NCBI GenBank assembly: GCA_964392445.1
Contig: CAYMPD010000006.1
Location: 1 to 49,660 of the forward strand
DNA: 49,660 nucleotides
Source of the DNA: an uncultured archaeon
Lineage (GTDB): Archaea > Aenigmatarchaeota > Aenigmatarchaeia > CG10238-14
Direction of reading: 5' to 3'
This document shows, piece after piece, positions 1-9,372 of this stretch. The translations under genes were made by a program, and so were the position numbers. Position 1 is the first letter of the stretch; every line of letters starts with the position of its first letter. Below the pieces are notes generated by a model that did not search any database, had not been told where the DNA came from, and saw only the letters and a program-made list of their open reading frames with translations.

Positions 1-2
1 AT

Positions 3-269
3 GAAAGGCTTCTTAAAAAACTTTATGAAACAATTAATTTTATGTTGGATGTTCTGGGTAAAACATACGAAACCAAATCCTTCAATATCGGATGTAACAT
101 TTGTCCTGCTGCTGGCGCAACTTATGAGCATCTACATTTCCAGATAATTCCGAGATGGGTAGGCGATTCGGGATTTATGGAAGTCTTTGCGGATACAAGA
201 GTAATGAAAGAACCTCCAAAAAAAACGGTTAAAAGGTTAAGGGAAACTATATCTTCTATTGAGAGTTAA
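3..269 (+). CDS. HIT family nucleotide hydrolase/transferase, 5'-truncated by the window edge
   Basis: Frame is open from position 3 (ERLLKKLYETINFMLD...). Contains FNIGCN..AAGA and HLHFQIIPRW.GD, typical of archaeal HIT proteins. Confidence 0.85.
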   Translation, partial: ERLLKKLYETINFMLDVLGKTYETKSFNIGCNICPAAGATYEHLHFQIIPRWVGDSGFMEVFADTRVMKEPPKKTVKRLRETISSIES

Positions 270-351
270 TCCCCAGAATAAAAAATTAATTACTAGAGAC
301 CTAATAGGTTTTATGCTTTCGATAAAAAGTCTAATAAAGAGGGGTGAGAAA

Positions 352-717
352 ATGAACGTCTTGGTAATTGTTGGGTTTTGCGTGATATTTGGTATATTAG
401 GACAATTATTCATGAAAAGAGGAATGAATGAGGTTGGAGAAATAACAATTAAACAAATATTCTCACCAAAAGTTCTCTCTGTGATTTTTCAGAAGTACGT
501 TTTTATTGGAATATCATTCTATGTAATCGGTAATATGCTTTGGCTCGTTGCCCTCTCAATAGCGGAATTAAGTTATATCTACCCTCTTATTGGAACAGGT
601 TATTTAATAACAGCGATACTGGCTTGGGTTCTTTTTGGAGAAAGTTTAACAGTAGTTAGGATATTGGGAATATTATTCATCTCTTTGGGAGCATATTTGG
701 TAGTAATTAAAATATAA
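352..717 (+). CDS. EamA/SMR-type small membrane transporter (ArnE/ArnF-like putative lipid-linked sugar flippase)
   Basis: About 121 aa with 4 hydrophobic helices; motif LWLVALS..ELSYIYPL. SD GGGGTGAG precedes ATG 352, so the ORF-track start at 259 is probably too long. Confidence 0.75.
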   Translation: MNVLVIVGFCVIFGILGQLFMKRGMNEVGEITIKQIFSPKVLSVIFQKYVFIGISFYVIGNMLWLVALSIAELSYIYPLIGTGYLITAILAWVLFGESLTVVRILGILFISLGAYLVVIKI

Positions 718-730
718 GTGGCGACTTTAT

Positions 731-2035
731 TCAACTTAGAATTAATTCAGATAACTTATTTCCTTCCAATACAGCCCCCTCTACAGATCTTTCAGGATAG
801 ATATTGAACATCCCTCCTAAAAATAGATTTTTCACTGGTGCTTTATAACCTACCCTTTTATCATGATAACCTATTTCATAAACTATTCCAGCGTTTTTAT
901 CTCTTGATAATTCCCACCATTTAATATCTTCCTTTTTTAGTTTTGGGAATAAAGTCTTTAGTTCTTTGAAATATCTCTCAAAAACTTTTTTACCTGACAA
1001 CTTCCAAACATTTGAAATATAATTCGGATAACTTGCTAAATAAACTATATGATCCTTATAATTCTCCAAGGGCTGAAAGTTTGTATGCTCTATTATCGCA
1101 CCTATCAGTGAATCATCAATTATGTTTGTCCAATAGAAGTCCGTCAATTTTTTATCCATCCCAAAAATTAAACATATGGCTCCTTGGTATTTTATTGAAG
1201 ATATTTTGTCTCGGAATTTCTTTGGTATTTCATTGTATTTACTCAGTTCAGGCAATGGAATGGTACTTATGACATGGTTTGATTTAATTTTTTTTCCGTT
1301 AAGAACTACACCCTTAACTTCATTTTTATCAATAAGCAACTTATCTGCGGTCTTGTTATTCACAATCTTCCCACCATTTTTCAGAATATTTTTTTCAAGG
1401 TTTTCAATCAGTATTTTAAATCCACCATCTAGGTACCCAAGTCTTTCTTTTTTTATCCCCCCAGTCGTCCTGAGATTAATCCTTTCAATAAACCAGAAAG
1501 CCGATATTTTATCCAGATTTTCGCCGTATTTACTCTTCAAGAGAGGGGAGAAAAATTTTTCATAAACATTTTTTCCAGTATTTCTAATTACCCATTCTTT
1601 AGCGGGGATTTTTTCCAATTTTTTCCCTATTTCAGTCTTTTCTTTTAAAAAACCAATTAATTTAATTTTAGCCCCTAGGAAAGCAAATTTTAGTTTTTCA
1701 ATTAAAGTCAATGGACTGTATCTGAAAATATACAAAGGTGTTGACATGTCATGAATTTTTCCGTTATTATAAAATCCTAAAGTAGATTCAATCCAGTCGA
1801 ATTTATCTTCTATTCCCAAATCTTTTATCAATTCAAAGAAATTCTTATCTCCCTTGAACACGTGATGATAATATTTTTCTATAGGACACCCTTTGGTTTC
1901 AATTGATCCTAGTAATCCACCCAATTCATCTGATTTCTCGATTATTAGAACTTTTTTATTTTTTTCAGATAGTTTATAACCAGCAGATAATCCGGTTAAA
2001 CCTCCGCCTAGAATAATTACATCATAATCTTCCAT
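731..2035 (-). CDS. NAD(P)/FAD-dependent oxidoreductase (amine oxidase/HemY-like, PRK07233-type)
   Basis: N-terminal GGGLTGL FAD motif, E.....GG, IEKYYHH; C-terminal ERSVEGAVLEG. Overlaps the upstream GT2 by 14 bp. Confidence 0.8.
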   Translation of the reverse strand: MEDYDVIILGGGLTGLSAGYKLSEKNKKVLIIEKSDELGGLLGSIETKGCPIEKYYHHVFKGDKNFFELIKDLGIEDKFDWIESTLGFYNNGKIHDMSTPLYIFRYSPLTLIEKLKFAFLGAKIKLIGFLKEKTEIGKKLEKIPAKEWVIRNTGKNVYEKFFSPLLKSKYGENLDKISAFWFIERINLRTTGGIKKERLGYLDGGFKILIENLEKNILKNGGKIVNNKTADKLLIDKNEVKGVVLNGKKIKSNHVISTIPLPELSKYNEIPKKFRDKISSIKYQGAICLIFGMDKKLTDFYWTNIIDDSLIGAIIEHTNFQPLENYKDHIVYLASYPNYISNVWKLSGKKVFERYFKELKTLFPKLKKEDIKWWELSRDKNAGIVYEIGYHDKRVGYKAPVKNLFLGGMFNIYPERSVEGAVLEGNKLSELILS

Positions 2036-2735
2036 TTTCTTTCAACTCCTTCCTAACCCTGAAAACATTCCTCAAATAACTTTCAACAGTTTTCTTGACA
2101 TTTACAGTGGTGCCCTTATCTTCCACCCATTTTACTGGTATTGGTTTTAGTCTATAACCTTGATTTAACCCCTTTATTAACAATTCACTGTCAAAAAACC
2201 ACTCGTTGTTCTCTATTTTAGGAACCAATTCTTGGGCAGTTCTTTTGTTTATTGCTTTGAAACCGCATTGGGCATCATCAAATGGGAAGTTTAGGAATAT
2301 TTTTAAGATAAAATTATAACCTTTGGACAAGAAATCACGTTTAAATGAGCGTTCTAACTCCGATTCTTTTTTATGACGTGAACCAAATGATATATCATAA
2401 CCTTGCTCTATTGCATCTGTTAAGGGTTTTAGGCATTTTAGATCAGTTGATAAATCCACATCCATATAACACATTACATCTGCGTCAGTTGTCGTCCAAG
2501 CTTTTTTAAGCGCTCTACCTCGTCCTTTTTGATCAAGATGGAGATATTTGACTTGTTTGTATTTTTTTGATAGTTTTTTCGCTATGTTTAAGGTCCTATC
2601 AGTAGAAGCATTATCTGCGACCAGGATTTCAAAGTTCTTATAGTTTTTCTTACAATATTCCAGGACAGTTTCAACACTCCAACTAAGTTGTTCTTCCTCA
2701 TTGTAGCACGGGATAACCACACATATTTTTGGCAT
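2022..2735 (-). CDS. GT2 dolichyl-phosphate glycosyltransferase (Alg5/DPG synthase-like)
   Basis: VIPCYNEE, DNASTD, KGRGRA, DVD (DxD), DAQCGFKA, WFFDSELL. Confidence 0.85.
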   Translation of the reverse strand: MPKICVVIPCYNEEEQLSWSVETVLEYCKKNYKNFEILVADNASTDRTLNIAKKLSKKYKQVKYLHLDQKGRGRALKKAWTTTDADVMCYMDVDLSTDLKCLKPLTDAIEQGYDISFGSRHKKESELERSFKRDFLSKGYNFILKIFLNFPFDDAQCGFKAINKRTAQELVPKIENNEWFFDSELLIKGLNQGYRLKPIPVKWVEDKGTTVNVKKTVESYLRNVFRVRKELKENGRL

Positions 2736-2848
2736 TTATTTTAACCTTATTAAAACTATTTCCCCCTGAATAATCCAAACTAATATTTTTATTTAACAAA
2801 TAAATAACGTAGATTGAGGGTGTTAAAAGGATTAAAGGAGGATAATAA

Positions 2849-5281
2849 ATGAAAATAAAGACCGAATTTAAAGTAATAATATTACTTTTCCTTTTAACTT
2901 GTCTATTTTTTTGGAGAATTTTACTTCACCCTAATCATATGTTATATCCTGTACAGGACGTTATGGAACAGTTTTCTGTTTGGAAGTTTCTTATTCACCA
3001 AAATTTTCAAAAATATGGAGAGTTACCCTGATGGAACCCCTATTATTATTCGGGTCATCCCTTTGTTAGTAATGTGCTTTCTGCCATGTTCTATCCAGTT
3101 AATTTTGTTTATCTTTTCTTTAATCCTGATTTAGCATTCAACTTTGTATTTTTACTTGATATATTTTTAGTTGGGGTCTTCACATTCTTTTTCAGTAAGC
3201 AATTAGGAATGAAGAATGAAAGTGCGTTCTTTTCAGCCTTAACTTTTATGTTCAGTGCTTATTTTGCCGATCACATTTTTGCCGGTCATTTAGCTAATAT
3301 AGATGCGATAATTTGGATACCAGTAACTTTCCTCTTTACGGAAATTCTAATAAAGAAAAGAAGACCGATCTATATTTTTCCTTTATCCATTGTACTTTCA
3401 CTTCAGTTTCTTGCTGGGCACATACAGCATTCTTTTTACAGTAATATAGCTTTGGGGATATTTTTTTTGGTAAGAAATATACAGATTTTTTTAAAGGAGA
3501 AGAAACTCAAAATTAACATCAAGTTAGTCTCACTCTTCGCCTTATCTATTCTGATTTTTCTATTATTGTCTTCAATTCAGTTATTCCCATCTTTCGAGTT
3601 TTTCTTTTCCAGTACAAGATCTGGTGGTTTACCTTTTGAGTCGGCTTCTTTATTTTCTCTGTCACCTTATCAGTTAGTTGGATTCGTGGTTCCAGAATTT
3701 TTTGGAACACCTTTGGATCAAAGTTATTGGGGCGGAAGAAATTTCTTTGAGCTTACTGCTTATATAGGAATCATTAGTATTTTGTTAGCAATTATAGGAT
3801 TTCTATTCGTTAAGAACGATTACATGCTTGTATTCACTATTATAATTATATTCTCACTTCTCTACGCTTTTGGAAAGTATACGCCTTTTTATCGTTTTTT
3901 CTTTAATTATATCCCCGGATTTAATGTTTTTAGGATACCGGCCACAACTCTTTTTATTTATGTTTTTTCAATGTCAATTTTATCTGGATTTGGGTTTTCA
4001 TTTTTATTTTCAAAACTCTCTAGAAAAAAGAAAAAGAAATTATTGAATCTTGTCAAGTTTTTGACTATAATTTTAATTTTGCTGATAATAATTCTGATTA
4101 TACTATATTTTCAAAAACAAAGGATTCTTGATCTAGGTAAGAAAATTTTGCTAAGGAAATATGAAGTCCATTCAAATGGCAATGTTTTAAAATCGGTTGA
4201 TAGATATCTAGAAAAAATCCCACTGGTCTACAAACACATCATAGAGAGTTTATTACTCCTAACAACATTGCTTTTCACATCTATTTTACTACTATACCTC
4301 AGAATTTATAGGAAAATCCCGAATAAAACACTAAAAATCCTTATTATAATCCTACTTTTAATCGATTTGTGGTTTTTTTGGCAGAAATATTTGTTAATTG
4401 TCAGGCCAGAGGAGATATATGAGAAACCGAAAATAGAGGAAATAGATGTTTTAGATATAATTTCAATCGTTAAAGAAAAAGACGATATGTTTAGAGTTTA
4501 TGATAGTTCGGAGTGGACAATCCCTCAACATATAACTATAAGAAATGGAATAGAACTAGTTAATGGTTATGATCTCTCCATACTCGATAGATATGAAACT
4601 TTTATCGTCGAGATGCTGGGATACAAAGGACCAATAGACAAAGAGTATCTATCCAGAGGAATGTCTTTATTGAATACTAAATACGTAGTTACTCATGAAA
4701 AACTCAATAATACTGATGACTTCAAATTGGTTTACTATACTAATAGAACAATAAAAATGATGCCTCGGGCTTTCATTGCGACTTCTAAATACGAAACAAA
4801 TCAAACTTATGTGTACCTTAACGAGAAATTTTTACCAAGAGCGTATGTAGTACCGAATGCTAGGATAATAAAAAATGGTGAGATGGTTCTGGAAGAATTA
4901 AAGTCAGAAGAATTCAATCCCTTAGAAGAAGTAATCATTGAGGAAGATCTAAAAACCCCATTGAGTAACGATGGAAAGTTCCAACGAGCTAACTTAACAT
5001 TCTATTCCCCAAATAAGATAGTAGTTGAGGTAGATTCAAAGTACCCGGGATATTTGATATTGAGTGAAAATTGGTATCCTGGATGGAAAGCTTACGATAA
5101 TGGAAAAGAAGTTGAAATATTTAGAGCGAACTATATATTAAGGTCTATTTATTTGGAGAAGGGTAAACACGAAATAAAATTAATTTACAAACCAACGTCT
5201 CTTAAAATTGGGTCTTGGATATCTTTTACAACTCTTTTATTTTTAATCATTGTAATTATCTATAAATGCAAAAGAGGATGA
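2849..5281 (+). pseudogene. YfhO-family GT-C membrane glycosyltransferase interrupted by one in-frame TGA (3029-3031)
   Basis: ORFs 2849-3031 and 3074-5281 share a frame and read GELP*WNPYYYSGHPF..N..SAMFYP across the stop. Multi-TM body; C-terminal LPRAY and ENWYPGWKAYDNG...RANYILR motifs typical of YfhO. Confidence 0.75.
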
Positions 5282-5286
5282 TTGTT

Positions 5287-6738
5287 ATGAAAATCTTAAT
5301 GCTAAACCCACCTTTCAAGTCACATTATTCACGTAACTCTCGATCTCCTGCAGTAACTAAAGGAGGAACGATTTACTACCCAATTTGGTTGTCATATGCT
5401 ACTGGTGTTTTGGACGAAGAAGGATTTGACATCAAACTTCTAGATGCTCCTGCTAAAGGGTTAAGTCTTGATGAAGTTGTAGAAACAGTAAAGGACTTTA
5501 GCCCCGATCTAATAGTCTCTGACACCTCAACTCCCAGTATAGATAATGATGTCAAAGTCGCCGATAGACTAAAAGAAGAAACAGATGCTTTTGTTGTTCT
5601 TGTTGGAACTCATGTTAGTGCACTCCCGGATGAAGTCATGAAGTCTTCTAATGTTGATGGAATAGCGAGAAAGGAATACGACTACACACTCAGAGACTTA
5701 GCTTACGCTTTGGAAAAGGGAAAAGATTTGAAAACTGTTAAAGGGCTAACATTCAGAAAAGGTAAGAAAATAATCCACAACCCAGATAGACCTTACATTC
5801 AGGATTTGGATGAATTACCTTTTGTTTCATCAGTTTACAAAAAATATCTTAATATCGAAGATTACTTTTATTCTTCTGCTAATCATCCCATGGTTATGAT
5901 GATGACTGGGAGAGGTTGTCCCTACCATTGTTTTTTCTGTTCATGGCCCCAAGTCTTCTTAGGCCGTAGTTATAGGTTAAGAAGCGCTGAAGACGTTGTC
6001 GCAGAATTTGAATGGATAATTAAAAATTTACCAGAAGTCAGGGAAGTTGGAGTAGAAGATGATACATTAACTGCGGATTTGAAAAGGGCAAGAAAGATTT
6101 GTCGGTTATTGATTGAAAAAGGAATAAACAAAAAAATGAACTGGTGGGCAAACGTTAGGGTTAACCTAGATTTGAAAACAATGAAATTGATGAAAAAAGC
6201 CGGTTGCCGTCTTATAATACCAGGCTACGAAAGTGGAGTTCAAGAAATTCTTAATAGCTCGAACAAAGGGATAACATTAGAACAATCAAGAAAATTTGCC
6301 GAGAATGCTAAGAAAGCTGGATTAATGGTTCATGGATGTTTTATACTTGGTTTACCTGGGGAGACTGAAGAAACAATTAAAAAAACAATTGAATTCGCAA
6401 AAGAACTAGATCCTGATGATGCACAATTCTTCCCGTTAATACCATATCCTGCAACCGAAGCTTACGAATGGGCGAAAAAGAAAGGATATCTTGTTACCGA
6501 GAACTTCTCAAATTGGAACACAAAAGAAGGATGGCACGGATGTGTGATATCAACTCCAGAGTTAACAAACGAGGAAATACTGGAATGGACACATAAAGCG
6601 AAAATGAGTTTTTACCTTAGACCTAAATTCTTTTTCAAAGCGTTCAAAAGAGCACTAACTAGTTGGGATGAGATGAAGAGGACTATTAAAGCAAGTAGAG
6701 TATTTTTTAGGTATATTGCTAAAATTATGTTGGATTAA
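5287..6738 (+). CDS. B12-binding-domain radical SAM protein (HpnJ/BchE-like class B)
   Basis: CxxxCxxC in GRGCPYHCFFC; N-terminal YPIWLSY...DAPA cobalamin-binding-type domain; GYESG and GLPGET motifs. Confidence 0.88.
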   Translation: MKILMLNPPFKSHYSRNSRSPAVTKGGTIYYPIWLSYATGVLDEEGFDIKLLDAPAKGLSLDEVVETVKDFSPDLIVSDTSTPSIDNDVKVADRLKEETDAFVVLVGTHVSALPDEVMKSSNVDGIARKEYDYTLRDLAYALEKGKDLKTVKGLTFRKGKKIIHNPDRPYIQDLDELPFVSSVYKKYLNIEDYFYSSANHPMVMMMTGRGCPYHCFFCSWPQVFLGRSYRLRSAEDVVAEFEWIIKNLPEVREVGVEDDTLTADLKRARKICRLLIEKGINKKMNWWANVRVNLDLKTMKLMKKAGCRLIIPGYESGVQEILNSSNKGITLEQSRKFAENAKKAGLMVHGCFILGLPGETEETIKKTIEFAKELDPDDAQFFPLIPYPATEAYEWAKKKGYLVTENFSNWNTKEGWHGCVISTPELTNEEILEWTHKAKMSFYLRPKFFFKAFKRALTSWDEMKRTIKASRVFFRYIAKIMLD

Positions 6739-7599
6739 TCAAATTCTTCTCGCTTCAATCCACCCACTGGTCATGCCAATCAACCAGGCAACATTCCTCA
6801 AGGCCGCAAAAAATGGTAGAGAGAACAATCTAACATCTTTAACTTTTGGAAACATTCTAATAACGACCGGAATTGCAAATAAAAATGTGGTTGAAATAAG
6901 CATCTTCCAACTCGAGTACTCATCCGCTAATTTACCATACAATTTTTTGTGAACTATTCTATATCTTGAATGTTGGATTCTTCTTTTAAACCAATGACCC
7001 AATGACTCATCACCATGCTCATGAACTACAAGAACTTTGTTTGTGTGGTATATTTTATGTCCCTTTAGAACTAACCTTGTCGAAAAATCCCAGTCTTCTC
7101 CTGTTGCTTCCCCCCGACTATAGTCCTGAAATCCACCAACATCCTCAAAAGCATTTTTTCGGACACCCAAGCAAGTAGTAGCGGCAACACTAACATATCC
7201 CTCACCCATCTGGTTAAACCGATCTTCATATTCCCATCCAGTTACAGTCCCAAGGAGATTTCCATGTCTAGGAGCTAGAGTTTTACCTGAGATAGCATCG
7301 GCATCAAGTTCTTTGAACAGCTTAACAAGTGTTTTAATCGAATCTTTAAGGATAACACAATCAGAGTCTAGGAAAAATAATATATCTCCACTTGCTTTTT
7401 TTGCACCGAAATTTCTTTTTTCACCAACCCCTCCCCATTTAGGGTTATAAAAAGATTTTACATCTTCTATTTCTAGTTCTGTTTTATCACTCAAAGTAAT
7501 TATTTCAATATCCTTATAGTTTTGTTTTTTCACAGATTCTATACAGTTAATTACTTTGCTGTTTTTTTGTCGGAACGGTATAATTACGGATACCTTCAT
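6739..7599 (-). CDS. GT2 glycosyltransferase
   Basis: VSVIIP, RNFGA, FLDSDC (DxD), GEDWDF, C-terminal TM segments. Confidence 0.85.
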   Translation of the reverse strand: MKVSVIIPFRQKNSKVINCIESVKKQNYKDIEIITLSDKTELEIEDVKSFYNPKWGGVGEKRNFGAKKASGDILFFLDSDCVILKDSIKTLVKLFKELDADAISGKTLAPRHGNLLGTVTGWEYEDRFNQMGEGYVSVAATTCLGVRKNAFEDVGGFQDYSRGEATGEDWDFSTRLVLKGHKIYHTNKVLVVHEHGDESLGHWFKRRIQHSRYRIVHKKLYGKLADEYSSWKMLISTTFLFAIPVVIRMFPKVKDVRLFSLPFFAALRNVAWLIGMTSGWIEARRI

Positions 7600-7658
7600 A
7601 CTAAAACATTAACTCAACGAAAATATTTAAATCAATAAAAACCCCTTTAAACTGGTAT

Positions 7659-8372
7659 ATGCAAGTCGTAATATTATGTGGGGGTAAGGGAACAAGACTG
7701 TTACCAAAGACAGAGAAAGTTCCTAAACCACTAATTTCTGTGGGTAGTAAACCAATACTTTGGCATCTAATGAAGGTTTATTCAAGTTATGGACATAATG
7801 ATTTTGTTCTCTGTTTAGGGTATCTGGGAGATAAAATAAAGGAATACTTTCGGGATCCTGATAATGTTGAGAAAGATTGGAAAATTACTTTCGTTGATAC
7901 AGGTTTGGAGAGCAGTAAAGGTGAAAGGCTAAGAAGAATCAAGGATTATATTAAATCTGAGAACTTCTTGGTTTCTTATGGTGATGATTTATCTGACGTT
8001 AATATTGAGGAATTGGTGAAATTTCATAAAAAGAACAAAAAAATAGCAACTTTAACGGCTATAAATCCCGTTTATGACTATGGAGTTCTTCAAATGAATG
8101 GCAATAATGAGATAATAGGATTTAAGGAAAAACCTAAACTTGATCATTGGATTAATGCCGGGTTCTTTGTTTTTAATAGAAAGATATTCGATTATTTGAA
8201 AGAAGGATGGGATTTAGAAAAAGAAATATTCACTAATCTTTCAAAAGATAGACAACTTTCAGCTTTTAAACATACAGGTTTTTGGAAATCAATGAATACA
8301 ATAAAGGATTCCATAGAATTGAATGAGATGTGGGAAACTAGTGATCTTAAGAAGATACTTTGGAAGTGTTAG
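7659..8372 (+). CDS. rfbF: Glucose-1-phosphate cytidylyltransferase-like nucleotidyltransferase
   Basis: ILCGGKGTRL, PKPL..VG.KPILWH.MK.YS.YG.NDF.LCLGY, INAGFFV, GFWKSMNT. Confidence 0.8.
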   Translation: MQVVILCGGKGTRLLPKTEKVPKPLISVGSKPILWHLMKVYSSYGHNDFVLCLGYLGDKIKEYFRDPDNVEKDWKITFVDTGLESSKGERLRRIKDYIKSENFLVSYGDDLSDVNIEELVKFHKKNKKIATLTAINPVYDYGVLQMNGNNEIIGFKEKPKLDHWINAGFFVFNRKIFDYLKEGWDLEKEIFTNLSKDRQLSAFKHTGFWKSMNTIKDSIELNEMWETSDLKKILWKC

Positions 8373-9336
8373 TAAAATATTGTTCATACCATTTGATTGT
8401 TCTTTTTAGACCTTCATCCAAGGGGACTTCCGGTTCCCATCTTAGTATTTTCTTGGCTTTTTTACTGGAAAGGTATTGTTCATCTATTTCTGCATGTGGC
8501 TTTTTCTTACCTTTAACTTCTGCTTCGATTTTTTTCCCAGATACTTTTATGATTTTGTTAACTAGGTCAAGTATGTTGATAGGAGAATTGCTACCGAAAT
8601 TGAAAGCATCACCTTTTACAGATTTTTTGTTTACGTTTTCTGCTAGAGTAAGGTAAGCGTTGACAACATCTTCTATGTATATGAAGTCTCTTACGGGTGT
8701 ACCATCACTTCTTATGACTGGGCTTCTTTTGAAGATAACTGCTTTAACTGTTTCCGGTATTATTCTTGAGAAATTAAGATCTCCTCCCCCGTAAATATTG
8801 CAACATCTTGTAATACCAATCGGTAAACCATAAGTCACAGAATAAGTCCTTGCTAACATATCTGCACAGGCTTTGGAAGCATCATAAGGGTAACTTGCAT
8901 TAAGTGGGTGTTCTTCTGTTATTGGTAATTCAGATGGTTCGCCATAGACTTTATCAGTCGAAGTTATTACTAGTCTTTCTAATGTCTCACATTTTCTCGC
9001 CACTTCAAGAATATTCCATGTTCCCTCGATGTTTGTTTTAAACGTTGGGATTGGATTTCGATTGGCTATGGTGACTATCGGTTGTGCGGCTACATGTAAA
9101 CAAGTATCTATTTCGTATTCGTTGAATATTCTTCTTACTGAGTTATAATCGACTATATCTCCTCTTGCAGCTTTTATTTTGGGATAAGTTCCATTGTAGA
9201 ATAAGGGTGAACTGGGAAAGTGATCTCTGATTAATACAACAACATTAGCTTTTTTTTCAACTAAATTTTTGGTCAGCCAAGAGCCTACAAATCCTGTTGC
9301 TCCTGTTATTAAGACATTTTTTTCTTCCCATTTCAT
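8347..9336 (-). CDS. CDP-glucose 4,6-dehydratase-like extended SDR
   Basis: W..K.VLITGATGFVGSWL, AAQPIV, TSTDKVY, YDASK (YxxxK), NIYGGGD. Confidence 0.75.
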   Translation of the reverse strand: MKWEEKNVLITGATGFVGSWLTKNLVEKKANVVVLIRDHFPSSPLFYNGTYPKIKAARGDIVDYNSVRRIFNEYEIDTCLHVAAQPIVTIANRNPIPTFKTNIEGTWNILEVARKCETLERLVITSTDKVYGEPSELPITEEHPLNASYPYDASKACADMLARTYSVTYGLPIGITRCCNIYGGGDLNFSRIIPETVKAVIFKRSPVIRSDGTPVRDFIYIEDVVNAYLTLAENVNKKSVKGDAFNFGSNSPINILDLVNKIIKVSGKKIEAEVKGKKKPHAEIDEQYLSSKKAKKILRWEPEVPLDEGLKRTIKWYEQYFTNTSKVSS

Positions 9337-9372
9337 TTTATCTCCTTTAGTAATGATTAGTTTGGAATATTT

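Noticed and set aside
1012-1565. Antisense/nested ORFs in the track (1012-1272, 1176-1565 and the many similar 60-140 aa ORFs inside larger genes)
   Set aside because: They are shadows of well-supported genes on the other strand or frame, with no motifs or SD sites.
2849-5281. Genome-wide UGA reassignment or selenocysteine at the internal TGA
   Set aside because: TGA terminates conserved genes here (for example rps15 at 37974-37976). The position corresponds to Leu, not Cys or Trp, and no other split genes of this kind were seen.
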